Position numbers and translations under genes: made by a program. Under the pieces are notes generated by a model. That model was given only the letters and a program-made list of their open reading frames with translations. It made no database searches and was not told the DNA's origin. Below are positions 52,555 through 64,000 of a DNA stretch of 64,000 bases, piece after piece. The first letter of the stretch is position 1. Each line of letters starts with the position of its first letter. The stretch is from Podarcis pityusensis (Eukaryota), in the NCBI GenBank assembly GCA_964106645.2, contig OZ067048.1; one strand, 5' to 3'.

Positions 52555-52913
52555 GGGACGCGGGTGGCGCTGTGGGTTAAACCACAGAGCCTTGGACTTG
52601 CCGATCAGAAGGTCGGTGGTTCGAATCCCCACAATGGGGTGAGCTCCCATTGCTGGGTCCCTGCTCCTGCCAACCTAGCAGTTCGAAAGCACCTCAAAGT
52701 GCAAGTAGATAAATAGGTAGTGCTCCGGCAGGAAGGTAAACGGCGATTCCGTGTGCTGCTCTGGTTCGCCAGAAGCAGCTTAGTCATGCTGGCCACATGA
52801 CCCGGAGGCTGTATGCCGGCTCCCTCGGCCAATAAAGCGAGATGAGCGCCGCAACCCCAGAGTCGGCCACGACTAGACCTAATGGTCAGGGGTCCCTTTA
52901 CCTTTACTTTTTT
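52555..52913 (+). mobile_element. Sauria SINE, full length, inserted into the Penelope element
   Basis: TSD TACATCACTAGTAA (52541-52554 and 52914-52927). Confidence 0.93.
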
Positions 52914-52915
52914 TA

Positions 52916-53550
52916 CATCACTAGTAATCACATACAGCTCCCAAGTTAAAACAGTTCAACACATCATCAGAGATCTACAACCTCTCCTAGACAATGACAG
53001 TTCTCTTTCTCAAGCTCTGGGAGGAAGACCTTTCATTGCCTACAGACAGTCACCCAATCTTAAACAACTCCTCACCCACAATAATACAACAACCAGACTT
53101 AACATGGACACCGGTACCAGAGCCTGCAATAAATCCAGATGCCAACTTTGCTGCCACATACACCCAGACAACACCATTACTGGCCCCAACAACATCAAAC
53201 ATACCATCTCAGGATTATTTAATTGCTCATCTTCTAACATTGTGCATGCTATTAAATGCCAACAGTGCCCTTCAGCTTTCTATATTGGACAAAGAGACCA
53301 AACCCTATGCCAAAGGATAAATGCACATAAATCTGACATCAGGAATCACAAGACAGAGAAACCAGTAGGAGAACACTTCAATCTCCCAGGACATTCTATA
53401 CAAGACCTCAAAGTAGCTGTCATATTACAAAAGAATTTCAGAAATAGACTGGAAAGAGAAGTTGCTGAATTGCAACTTATTACCAAACTTAAAACAATGG
53501 AGAGACCTGGTCTGAATACAGACACTAGATTCTTATCTCATTATACATGA
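52916..53550 (+). pseudogene. Penelope ORF C-terminal fragment: RT C-terminal region, Cys linker and GIY-YIG endonuclease
   Basis: Open frame with AYRQSPNLKQLL, CNKSRCQLC linker, NIVHAIKCQQCPSAFYIGQ (GIY-YIG), RINAHKSDIR, VGEHF and PGLN. No native start codon; the RT core is missing. Confidence 0.92.
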
Positions 53551-53730
53551 TAAAGCTATTTTTGGCCATCTCATCCCTTGCTTTTTCCTGTAAGACCAAT
53601 TGCAGTTGTTAACAGTCGTCAACTGGTTTACCACACCTATCAGCCAATCACCCATTCCCACCACCCTTCTGAGTAATACCCCTCCCCACCCTCTCACTAT
53701 ATATAAGGGTCTGGTGACTTCTGTTTCAGT

Positions 53731-53768
53731 GTATCTGAAGAAGTGTGCATGCACACGAAATCTCATGC
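53731..53768 (+). ncRNA. Second, degenerate hammerhead motif in the 3' pseudo-LTR
   Basis: GTAT-CTGAAGA-AGTGTGCATGCACAC-GAAA-TCTC-ATGC, with two substitutions relative to the other copy. Confidence 0.7.
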
Positions 53769-56102
53769 CAATAACAAACTTAGTTGGTCTCTAAGGTGCT
53801 ACTGGAAGGATTTTTTTTTATTTTGAGTGACCTTTGGACAGTCATTGGACTGGTTTGCACATAACACTAAGCCATGATTTACTAACATTTTACACACATG
53901 GTTTGTTTGATCATCCAAGCCTAGCTCTGCAGCTTAACATAAGCCACGGTTTGTTTAGCTTACAAAGCTTGTTGTGTCTTAACTATAGCTCAACATAATG
54001 TGCAAATGTGACCCCAGTATCTTTATTTTATTTAACAGGATTTAAACACCGCTTAATAATCAAAACCCCTCAGCAGTTTACATAGAATATACATTAAAAA
54101 TACATATAAAAGAAGATTTTAAACACAAGTTGATCTAAAAAAATGACAAAATATTAATGAAATCAGCTGTTTTAAAAACGCATACACTATAAAATAAAAT
54201 TAGCTATTAAAATGTCAGATGTACACATCTGAGTAGGCTTGCCAGAGCAAAAAAGAAGAATTTTAGCCTCCCCTACTTTACTGGATGATTGTGAAGATAA
54301 CATGGCTCATTGCTCTGAGCTTCTTAGAGACAAGCTGGAATAAGAACGTAATAAATCTGGGAACCATGCCCACCTCAGTAGAAGGGGTGATCTTCCAAAA
54401 ACCTGGTGTGGCTCCTTCTGGATTCTCACAGCTTTAAGCCAATTGTCACACGCTCAAGTGGGTTAAAACACCCCCAAGGCTGAGATTGCTTGAACTTTTG
54501 AATAAAGAGAGGGAGCACCTCAATAAACAGGGCATGTTGGAAATGGAACACCTTTCTAGATTTTTTAGCTGTACCTTATTTGCTAAGAATTAGAGAGAGC
54601 TTTCGTCTGGTGAATCATAAGGTGTACGGCTTAGCAAGGTTGTTCTGCGTTTTTAATAAGCATGGATTCTCTCTTGTCATTTTGCTAGCAATCCTCTGTG
54701 GGAAGCCCAACTTGATACTGTGGATTAGGATTCAGAGAAGGAAGCTTTGCATTCGAATTTGTGACAACCATAGTCAATTTTCAATTGTTGTCAGATAAGA
54801 GAGCCCCCAACCTCACCCTCTTTTTTCGGTTTGGAATAGTGGCTTTTTGTTTCGTAAAGAAGCATTATTGTGCTTTTTAAGAAAGGCTGTGTGCTTTCTT
54901 AGGCAGATTCCTCCTTTTAAAGGAAAAAGGGGAAAAAGCGGAGCCACATTCCAAACATCCTCCAAATTAATTTCCCAAAACATCAGCTAACTCTTAAGAC
55001 AGGCAGCTTACAGCACCTGAACTCAACTCCCATGATGCTTTTGTAAACCCTCTCAATTTGCAAATGAAGCCCTCCCGAGTATGCATACAATAACAGTGCT
55101 TTCTCCAGGTGGCTACTGTTCAAGACAGTTTCTCCCCCTCTGTGGCTTACAGTGCAGTTTCTGACTCTTGAATAAATAATTCAGCCACCCTGGAACCATT
55201 CTTTGCTGATGCAACAGACAAATGATTATAGGTTGCACAATAAACACCTCCTCTGTGTTACAGCAGTCCCTGTTTGGACTTTTGTCTGTTATATATACCT
55301 GTATTTTAAAGAGGGCTTTACTGAAGAGCAACTCAGCCATTTATTACTACTACTCCAACTAAACTACTACTACTAAATTATTATTATTACTACTAATAAT
55401 AATAATTAATAGATTAATTTAGGAATCTCCTTTTCCATTAAGCCCAAGGCAATTTATACTGAATTTCAGCATCTGACCAACTTATTGGGGACATCAAGCT
55501 CTAACCCTTTAAAAGCCCCCTGTGTTTTACTATGAAACAGCTCTTCAGATTTCTCCTGGCACCCATTTCACTGCAGAGTTTGTTAAGATGTGTGCCCTCT
55601 GGTTGGTCTGAGCAACCAGCCAGAGTGTTTTCAGACTGATCGAGTAAATTTATATTATCGGCTGCTAGATTATTAGTGTTAAGATTTGTGTGCTAGGGGA
55701 ACCTATACTTATGTGTGTAATAATAAAGCATTGGAAAGGGACTGAGTCTGTCTTTTGTGGGTCAGCCAGGCAGTCTCCTTTGGTCTCTGGGGCAGTGGAA
55801 ACATCCATAATCCTGACAGGATAATACTCTCTCCAGGCTTCAAGAGCTTGCTGGCTGCACACAAGATGCCCAAGTAAGTGCTGCAGTGAGCAAGCTCGGC
55901 TTTCCTTTTGTATGTTTTCTCAGGAGAGTGCAAAAAGGCCCCATACGTCTGACAGAGGACTTACGGTAATTTTTGTAAAGGTATCAGGCATGTCCCATAC
56001 CTTCCAACATTTCTCCGATGAAAATAGGGATGTCCTGTTCCAAAACAAACAAACAAACAAACAAACAAACAATATATTTATAAATAATAACATTATTTAT
56101 AC

Positions 56103-56341
56103 TGTTGAGTTGTGGGCGAACATATCAGACGACACAGCGATTCTTCCAAAGAATTTGTAAGCTGGAACAGAACTGAACTGAGGAGCTCAGTCAGCCTGCT
56201 TATATAGAGCTCCAGAACAATCGTAACTGTTGCAACTTTCTAAAACTATCCAATCACTGAACGTCACTTTCGATCCTTCATTTGCATAACTATCTACAGT
56301 ATTCCCCTGCTGGCCCAGGGTGAGAACTTCAGTACATAACA
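56103..56341 (-). mobile_element. Solo LTR (239 bp)
   Basis: TGTT...AACA termini, 5-bp TSD TATAC (56098-56102 and 56342-56346), minus-strand TATA box. Nested in an older repeat (about 55985-56635). Confidence 0.8.
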
Positions 56342-57161
56342 TATACCCTGCCCATCTGATTGAGTTGCCTCAGCCACTTTGGTGGCTTCCAACACATAGA
56401 AAACATTAAACATAAAAAGCTTCCCTACACAGGGCTGTCTTCAGATTTCTTCTAAAGGTGGTATCTTATCTCCTTGGCTCGGGAGTTGCATAACTCCATA
56501 CCCTCCAACATTTCTCTGATTAAAAATAGGGACGTCCTAAAGAAAAGCGGGACATTCTGGGATCAAATCAGAAACCAGGATGGCTTCTGTAAATCCAGGA
56601 CTGTCCCTGGCAAATAAGGACACTTGGAGGGTCTGAGGTTCCATGATTGGCAACACAACACGATCATCAGCACAACTGTGAGGAGCCTTATTCAATCTGA
56701 GGGACATACTCCCTCATGAACAGCCTTCCAATGGCCCTGTGCCAGTCATGGACATGGCCAGAGGCAAATACTGAGAAGAGCAGCAGATACATAATTTGCC
56801 CATGTACAGTAGGGCACATACCAGCCATAGAAAGGTTAGAAGTTTCTGCATCCTTCTTCCTGCTCCGTACAAAAAATAATAATCCACAATCCATCTAGGC
56901 AAGCAGAAGGTATTACCACAGCTCAAGGACATATTCCAACCAGTATTATAGGAGGACATGGAACAGGAGAAGTAGGGTGGTGATGACCATGGATATCCAC
57001 ATGGGGTAAATTCCCAGATTCCTACCTTTCATTGAAAAGAGACATGTTTCTAGCACTTGTGGAACCTGAGATATAGGGCAATGTTCTTATTTCTCTCTCA
57101 CACTATTGTCTCCTTTCAGTGTTTTGCTGTGGACATGGATGGGTATAGTCTGAGGAGGGTT

Positions 57162-57527
57162 AAAAAGGTAAAGGACCCCTGACAATTAAGTCCAGTCGCG
57201 GACGACTCTGGAGTTGTGGTGCTCATCTCGCTTTACTGGCCAAAGGAGCCAACAATTGTCGGCAGACAGTTTTTCCGGGTCATGTGGATAGCATGACTAA
57301 GCCGCTTCTGGCAAAACCAGAGCAGCGCATGGAAATGCTGTTTACCTTCCCACCGGAGTGGTACCTATTTATCTACTCGCACTTTGATGTGCTTTTGAAC
57401 TGCTAGGTTGGCAGGAGCAGGGACCGAGTAACGGGAGCTCACCCCGTCGCGGGGATTTGAACCGCCGACCTTCCGATCGGCAAGCCCAGAGGCTCAGTGG
57501 TTTACACCACAGTGCCACCCGTGTCCC
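57162..57527 (-). mobile_element. Sauria SINE, full length
   Basis: Reverse-complement copy. TSD TCTGAGGA(G/A)GGTT. Confidence 0.9.
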
Positions 57528-59813
57528 TCTGAGGAAGGTTATTGTCTGAGAAATGTCCCCAGGGCAGATAGAAAGACATGGAGGGTTGCATTTGGAGCCG
57601 GAGCCAGAGTTTCCCCACCCTATGTCAGTACACCCTATGTCAGTGGGAGAAAGGGGTGATAGGAAGATGAAGCAACCGAGGTGCTGTAGGAGGTTATGAA
57701 TTGCCACATTTAAAACACACAATCCCGATTAAAGGAAGAAAAGAAGAAGAAACGATTCAGTGGTTTCTAAAAATGAGAAGGAATGGCAGGAACTGTGTTG
57801 GCTTAACTTTAGCAAAATAATAACAACAAAGAGATACGGCTATATTTTTCTGTTGGTTATACTAGAACTAGGCCTTGAAGATGTGCAGTTAATGAGCCAG
57901 ATCCCTAAAGAGTGAAAAACCCAGTTCTAGGTCTCAAACACATAGGGTTGCATTCAGAGTTTTAATGCACACAACCAGGGTTAGTTGTACTGAATATTAT
58001 CTTTTGGCTGCCAGAAGTTTCCAACAAAAGTGAATTAATCACCAACGTATCCCATGACTGGAAAAGTTTCAATCAGAATCTTAATCCTATTATTTTCAAT
58101 CTCCCCCAGTGAAATGGAGACTGTATTTTAAAATATCCTGTTAACTTAAAGCATGGAAATGTTTAAACTGGCCACAGTGATAAAAGAGGTATCAAAGTCT
58201 TTTAGAAGCTATTCAGTACTGAAATATTTTTTCCCCCGTCAGAGAAAAATAAATACTGTATCGTCTTCAGAGCACTTTTATAACTTTTCAAATACCCTTT
58301 TATTAAGTACAACTAGGGAAGGTTGTACTTTCTTCCTTTATAAAGAACATTTATCTTTTTTAAAAAATAACAAATTCTTTTTGCTTATTTCTTAGCATAA
58401 TTATGCCTGTCACATATAAATACTTCCTTTGATGGAGGAAGGCATAATATTAGAAGCAGTTATAGTTGAACGCAGTAGTCCTTTTTGAAGCTAACACGAC
58501 TTAACAAATTGGCAGCATAATTTGAACTTTGACTTTTGAAATATCAGTCCTTAAAATCCATGTTTGACTCGTTCTTCTTGCAAACACAGTTGATGAAATG
58601 ACCAATGAGGAATATGCTAATATTCTTGTAGCCCAGTAGTGTCCTGAATTTAACTGTTAAGCCAAGCAGGACCTAATACCAGGTCCTGAGATATCCCACC
58701 AAATCCTATGTGTGCTTAGCTGGGGTAGAAGGTTGGGGAGGAACACAAGCAGAATAATATGAACATAGCAAAAAGATAAGACCAGCATCTACAGAGACAC
58801 TGTGACAGTCCACAAATTAGGGACTGCTGAGAACATTGGTCACATGCCACCAGAATCAGATCTTTGGGTGGGACATTGTCACTATGCTAATTTCCTAGCA
58901 AGTGAGTCCTACCAGGAGGAATGATGCAGTTTACCTGCCTACTAGAGATGGATGAATCTGTCATTTTGGGGGTTTTCCTCGGTTTCTCATTTTTCCAATC
59001 TCAAGGTTGGTTCCCCCCATTTCCTCTTCAGTTTGAAAAGTCCTGATGAAAGTTCATAAGCAGAATATACACATTTCTGCATGCAATTTTGCACAATCCC
59101 GTATACACATTTTGTATTCCTAAGACATTTGGTATTATTTTTTTCACTAATATGTGCATTTTACACACACTTTACTCAAGTAGATGCCCTTCTTTTGCAC
59201 ACATTACTTGGCTAAAGAACTATATGGAAAAATTCATAGTAGTGGCCATTTGTTTCGGTTCTGCATTCATTCCTTTAAAACACCACCGGGAAGTGAAAGT
59301 GGTGGTACTATGGTGTCCTGTGCAAAGCCAAAATTTGGTTGTCCCCTCCCCCCTGGTCCTCGCACTGCCTTCCCAAAGGTGGGTAAGGAGGTGTCCGGCT
59401 TTGGGAAGAAGCTACGAGGGCTCCGGCAGGGTCCTAGAAACCTCCCACCTCCTTCCCAAAGCTGGGAAAAGCAATATATAGGGCTTTAGGAAAGTGGGGG
59501 ACTGTGTAAGAGCCTCATGCCTCCTTCTCAAAGCTCAGTGCCTCACTCACTGGGTTTTGAGACGGCGTCCCCTCAGCTCAGCACCTAGTGCATGCAAACT
59601 GCTCACACAGCCATAAATCTGCCCCTAGAATATATTCATATAAGCAGTATATAATTTTTGCTAAATAATCAGACGACTTATAAACCCACCGAGCACCCAA
59701 TGAGGAAGGCCAGCTATAACTAGGCCAGGGTGGAAGGTGTTGCTACAACAGGAAATGATAATAAACTAAGTCATGAGCAGTATTAACAGACTTTTCAGGG
59801 CTTATTGTGCATA

Positions 59814-60055
59814 CAGTGGTACCTCGGGTTAAGAACTTAATTCGTTCTGGAGGTCTGTTCTTAACCTGAAACTGTTCTTAACCTGAAGCACCACTTTAGC
59901 TAATGGGGCCTCCCGCTGTCGCCGTGCCACCGGAGCACAATTTCTGTTCTCAACCTGAAGCAAAGTTCTTAACCTGAGGTACTATTTCTGGGTTAGCGGA
60001 GTCTTTAACCTAAAGTGTCTGTAACTTGAAGCGTATGTAACCCGAGGTACCACTG
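59814..60055. mobile_element. Tc1/mariner MITE, family A
   Basis: Perfect TIRs CAGTGGTACCTCGGGTTA and TA TSD. Confidence 0.9.
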
Positions 60056-61116
60056 TACAAGGTATCCAACCTTTCCAATCTTTACCCAGCTTTGCACAAA
60101 CTGATACGAATCATAAGGAGAAACACTGCTTGCCAGACAGATGGGGCCTTTCAGGGATCTTTGTTGAGTGTGGAACCATGCTAATCAATACTGGAAGGGT
60201 GTGCAATGAAGGGGGGGGGGTGTTATTACCAATTCCTGCCTAGTGCCTAGAAAGAAAAATGAGCCACATGATATGTTATTTTAGTGGAAGGTTATAAGGT
60301 TATCAAAATCCCATTTAAGCTAGGGAATTGCTCACCCTGCCACTGTGACCTCCAACATTACCCTCTACTCCACCTAGAAGAAATAAAATGGTGGCAGTTC
60401 TCCCAGCCTTGAAGCATCTTGCTTTGCAGTTAGTAGCTGTGTTCAGTTACTAATCAAAAGAGATTAAACTGTTGCTATTTTACTCAGTAGATACAAGTCA
60501 GATTTGGACGAACCTTAAGAATGCTAAGTGAAGGATAGTGGCCCAGGGCCTCAGATGTCTGAATAAAAATACCATAATCTACCTCCACATTTTTTAAATG
60601 GAATTTTTTATTGGGGGGGGGGGGAATCTCCATTACATATAACTTTTAATTATTTAAGCCTGAACCGTTTCCCTTAGATTTGCTACCATTAATTCTCTAG
60701 TCCAACTTTGCTGGAGGAAGAATCTCACATCTAGGGTAATGTTTCTATGCTATTCCTTCCAAGGGTTGCCAGGTCTTCAGGTTCAGTCTGAAGTTTCAGA
60801 GGTTTAGCCTCCTACTCATGGTCTCCAGCAGAAGTGCTAAGATGTAACAGATTAGAAAAGGAGCTTGCATTTCCCCCTCAGGGCCTTGCCCCATTCAAAA
60901 GTTTAAAATGCTGCTGTGTCCTTAGGAATGTAAGAGCCCTTTTGGATCAGACCAAAGGTTCATCTAGTCCAGTATCCTTTTCCTCCTTGACCAGCTAGTT
61001 TCTTATGGAAAGTCCATGGGCAGGAAATGATGTTAATGCCCCTCTCCTCTTGTTCCCCAGTAGTGCTATTTTTCTAGAAAAAGAGGTGCTCGAACTCACT
61101 ATGAAGCCTCCCTTGC

Positions 61117-61860
61117 AGGGCTGTCTTACCCATAGACGCTAGTGGTGTGGGGTGCCAGGGCGCCATGTTCTGGAGGGCGCCAGGCGAGAGTCCAGGGAAC
61201 ACTGAACGAGCGCGCTGAGTGAGCGAGAGTGCATGCGCTGCTCCCGCTGAGCATCGGCTCGGTTTTTTTCCCTTTAGCCTGCAGGCACCGAATTCTGCGG
61301 GGCGCCAGAAGGCTAAAAGGGGGGGGGGGAATGAGCTGACACTTGGTGGGAGCGGCGCATGCACCCTCACTCAGCACAGGCCCACTTGCTTGGTGTGCTC
61401 ACTTGCCCAATGGTTTGAGGCGCAGGCGCACGTGGTGCCCCGCCTGCTAGCTGTCTTCATCTTTGAGCCGGGCATCAGGTACCACAGATCTCCACAGGGC
61501 CGGCTCCCCTGGCCCACTTGCCACCCTCACCTGCCTCCGCCATACTGTGCCAAAGCAGCGCTGCGCCCAGAGCCTCCACCTGCCGTGGCCACCATGCCAT
61601 AAAGTGGCCAACTGAGCTGGGAGGCGCCACGTCTAGCCTCTGCCTCTTCCCCTCCGGAGGAGCCGCCCTCCAGCCGCTGCCCGCCTCCTCCAGCCCCGCA
61701 AAGCTGGGCGTGTCGCCGGCAGCACTGGCCCCTCCCAAGAGGCTTCCTCCGCTGCTGCTGGTGTTCCCTCCCTAAAAAAAGGTCTGGGAAACGGGGGGGG
61801 GGGCACGGGGCGCTGGAGGGATCTTTGCACCATGGCGCCTGATATGCTTAAGATGGCCCT
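61117..61860. mobile_element. GC-rich Harbinger-like non-autonomous element nested in a short MITE (about 61061-61949)
   Basis: TIRs AGGGCTGTCTTA and TAAGATGGCCCT. The flanks join into one shorter repeat with duplicated GGTGC..GAACT motifs. Confidence 0.65.
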
Positions 61861-62174
61861 GCTGCCTTGTTCTCTTAGAATGGCAATGGCGTCCACCTGA
61901 AAGGTGCTGGAACTGAGTTCAGGCAAGTTTTGACTGAAATAAAGGCCTGCTTTTCCACATAAAACTGCCTTTGAATTTGGAGGTAGTTCATAGCCACCAT
62001 GAATATCCCTAAGAATGCTGTTGCATTTGCCACCTGATTCAATCTCTATCCAATGCACCAGGTGCCACTCTGTGCCCAGAGTGCATAGAGCTCTCCAGGT
62101 GCAGGGCTGAGGTAGTAGTCCTCAGACATGAGCTCTGACCTACTTCTCCCTCACCAACTTACAGCACAGGAAAT

Positions 62175-62176
62175 AT

Positions 62177-62211
<35 letters not shown>

Positions 62212-62213
62212 TT
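62175..62213. repeat. (ATTT)n microsatellite
   Basis: Direct reading. Confidence 0.9.
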
Positions 62214-64000
62214 CACCAATCAGTTTTATAGACTGTCCTTCATCACTTCAGTAATCCCAGGGCAGTTTCCAACATGAAAAAGCAGCTAAATTTAAAGTAC
62301 ATTTCAATAAAACAACCAATAGGAATCAGTGTGGTATGGCAGCAGTCTAGAAATCAAGAACAAGAGTGACTCTCATGGACTCACTCCTATTGTCTAGGAG
62401 AACAGAAATGTGTTTATATTAAAGTCTCTGCCTTCAATGCCTCCAGGGAAAGTGAATTCTAAAGCCAGGAAACCACAACAGAGAAGTCCCTATCCTATGT
62501 TGCAACGTAATGGGCTAACTCAGTTATATAATCATAATGTAACCTTGCCATTAGGAATTGGATTTGAACCAAGAAATTACAACTATACCATTTATAGACC
62601 AACCATTTCAATGGACACTCATATTTAAGCTAAATCAAGTTAATGTCATCAAACTCTAGGGGACGAAATCAACCTAAATCTAGATAGTCAAGCTTAAATA
62701 CTTAGCATATCAGGACTGATAATTGGGCAGTTAAGTTACACTACATGTAAGATTGCAAACATGACAAACCTTGATTCATCTTTATCCTTCGCCCCCCCCC
62801 CCCCCCAAGAAAATGTTTGGAAACTTGACTGTTCTTTTTCTTGAAGTTAGTCATATTGGAAAGATATTTGAAGGGTATATTTTCTGCAGCATTATGCGTG
62901 CGAGGACCAGAAATTCTAGAGATATGTAATACATTAATTTGAGAGTGTGAAAGAAATTATAAATGGATCAAGGCACTTTGAATTTCAAAAAATACTATGA
63001 TCTGTGACAGACATGGCAAAGCTAAGTCATATGAGCAGTCCATCAAACTAATTACAGACCTGATGATGTGCAGCTTAGGAGTTGAAAGCAAGATTATTGT
63101 GAAAAATGAACTTGACTTTTCAAAGAACAGTGAATATTTTTAGCCTAATGAAAACTACTTTCCAAGTAAAAGTGTGAGTAACAAAATGGAGACTGATGCT
63201 CACCTAATTAAAAAAAAAATGAAGACGATCCTGCAGAGATGATAATGTACAGGGCAAATCTTCAACTGAACATGATACTAGAAGAAGTTGGGGGAAAGAC
63301 GTAAGATCTTCCTCTTGAGACATTTTCAATGACAGAACTGTTGGTCATTCATATGGCTTGGCCTTGCCTTCGGCTACCATATTTCAAGTCTTCTCATCTT
63401 CCTAATCTTTTCTATATCTGAATCTGGCCCATATGAAATTTGTTCACTGCTCTGAACTTTAACTTCAACCTCACCTGGACCACATACCGTACTTGCCCCT
63501 GTTCTTTCCTAGCTCTCTCCTTCCAAACATGCACTCCCTCTATGCCGTCATCTCCACAAAGTTTTTAATGAGGATCCTAAATGCCTTAACTAGGCTATTT
63601 TCCTATCCAGGAACAAATTAAGACACACTATAAATAAAACAATAAGAAGAGGGGAAAAGCCCACAGCGTCCTCCTCCGTGTTTCGAGCCTGCTGTGAGAC
63701 CTATTGTGAAGTTGAAGCTCCATTTGTCAGGCGTTATGCTAGAGCTCTTATGGTGGCGGTGAGATGCATGTCTACTGAATGTTCTAATTATTCAAGAACT
63801 GGCTGATAGATAGTTTTTGACTCATCTGTATCTGTGTATCTGTATCTCCGAGGCTAAAAAAGAGTAGTTGTACTGTATAAAAAGATATTATAAAATACAG
63901 GAACAAACTGTGGGAAAGTGAGCATGATGGCTGTTAAGAGGGTCAAAGCTACAGAATGTTTGTGGGTTCTTCCAAACCACAATAACAGAAGTTCAGTGAG

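Larger units (their letters stand above)
52355..53823 (+). mobile_element. 5'-truncated Penelope-like retroelement (Neptune type) with inverted pseudo-LTRs
   Basis: 13-bp TSD TGAGTGACCTTTG (52342-52354 and 53824-53836). 52355-52542 is the reverse complement of about 53677-53823 plus about 40 nt extra. Contains a GIY-YIG ORF. Interrupted by a Sauria SINE. Confidence 0.93.

Noticed and set aside
52882-53550. Host or domesticated GIY-YIG nuclease gene
   Set aside because: The start codon comes from the SINE tail, the RT is missing and the expected Tyr of the GIY motif reads His (NIVH). It is a truncated transposon ORF.
61074-62058. Second gene or promoter at the GC-rich block
   Set aside because: Bounded by TIRs and nested in another MITE; ORFs are compositionally biased.
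1-64000. CRISPR arrays, operons or prokaryotic defence systems
   Set aside because: The sequence is eukaryotic with spliceosomal introns, and no repeat-spacer structure was seen.

Overview
Vertebrate genomic DNA, most likely a lacertid lizard (inferred from Sauria-type SINEs and squamate L1, CR1 and Penelope repeats). The only host gene is ST8SIA4 (polysialyltransferase PST) on the minus strand. Its CpG-island promoter lies at about 49.6-49.8 kb. Coding exons 1-4 (113, 132, 258 and 294 nt; 797 nt) all have GT-AG boundaries, and the last exon must lie left of position 1. The rest is intron and upstream sequence full of transposable elements, often nested: Sauria SINEs, other tRNA-derived SINEs, L1 and CR1 fragments, hAT, Tc1/mariner and Harbinger-like MITEs, and a solo LTR. 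The most interesting items are (i) a Neptune-type Penelope element whose inverted pseudo-LTRs each carry a minimal hammerhead ribozyme motif, (ii) an unclassified 1.15-kb non-coding poly(A) retroposon with CTCF- and YY1-like motifs inside a SINE, (iii) a solo LTR with an intact Oct/CRE/CCAAT/TATA set pointing at ST8SIA4, and (iv) an all-phase-2 exon structure that permits truncated or circular isoforms. Coordinates were counted by hand and repeat ends may be off by a few bases. Family names come from recognition, not database searches.
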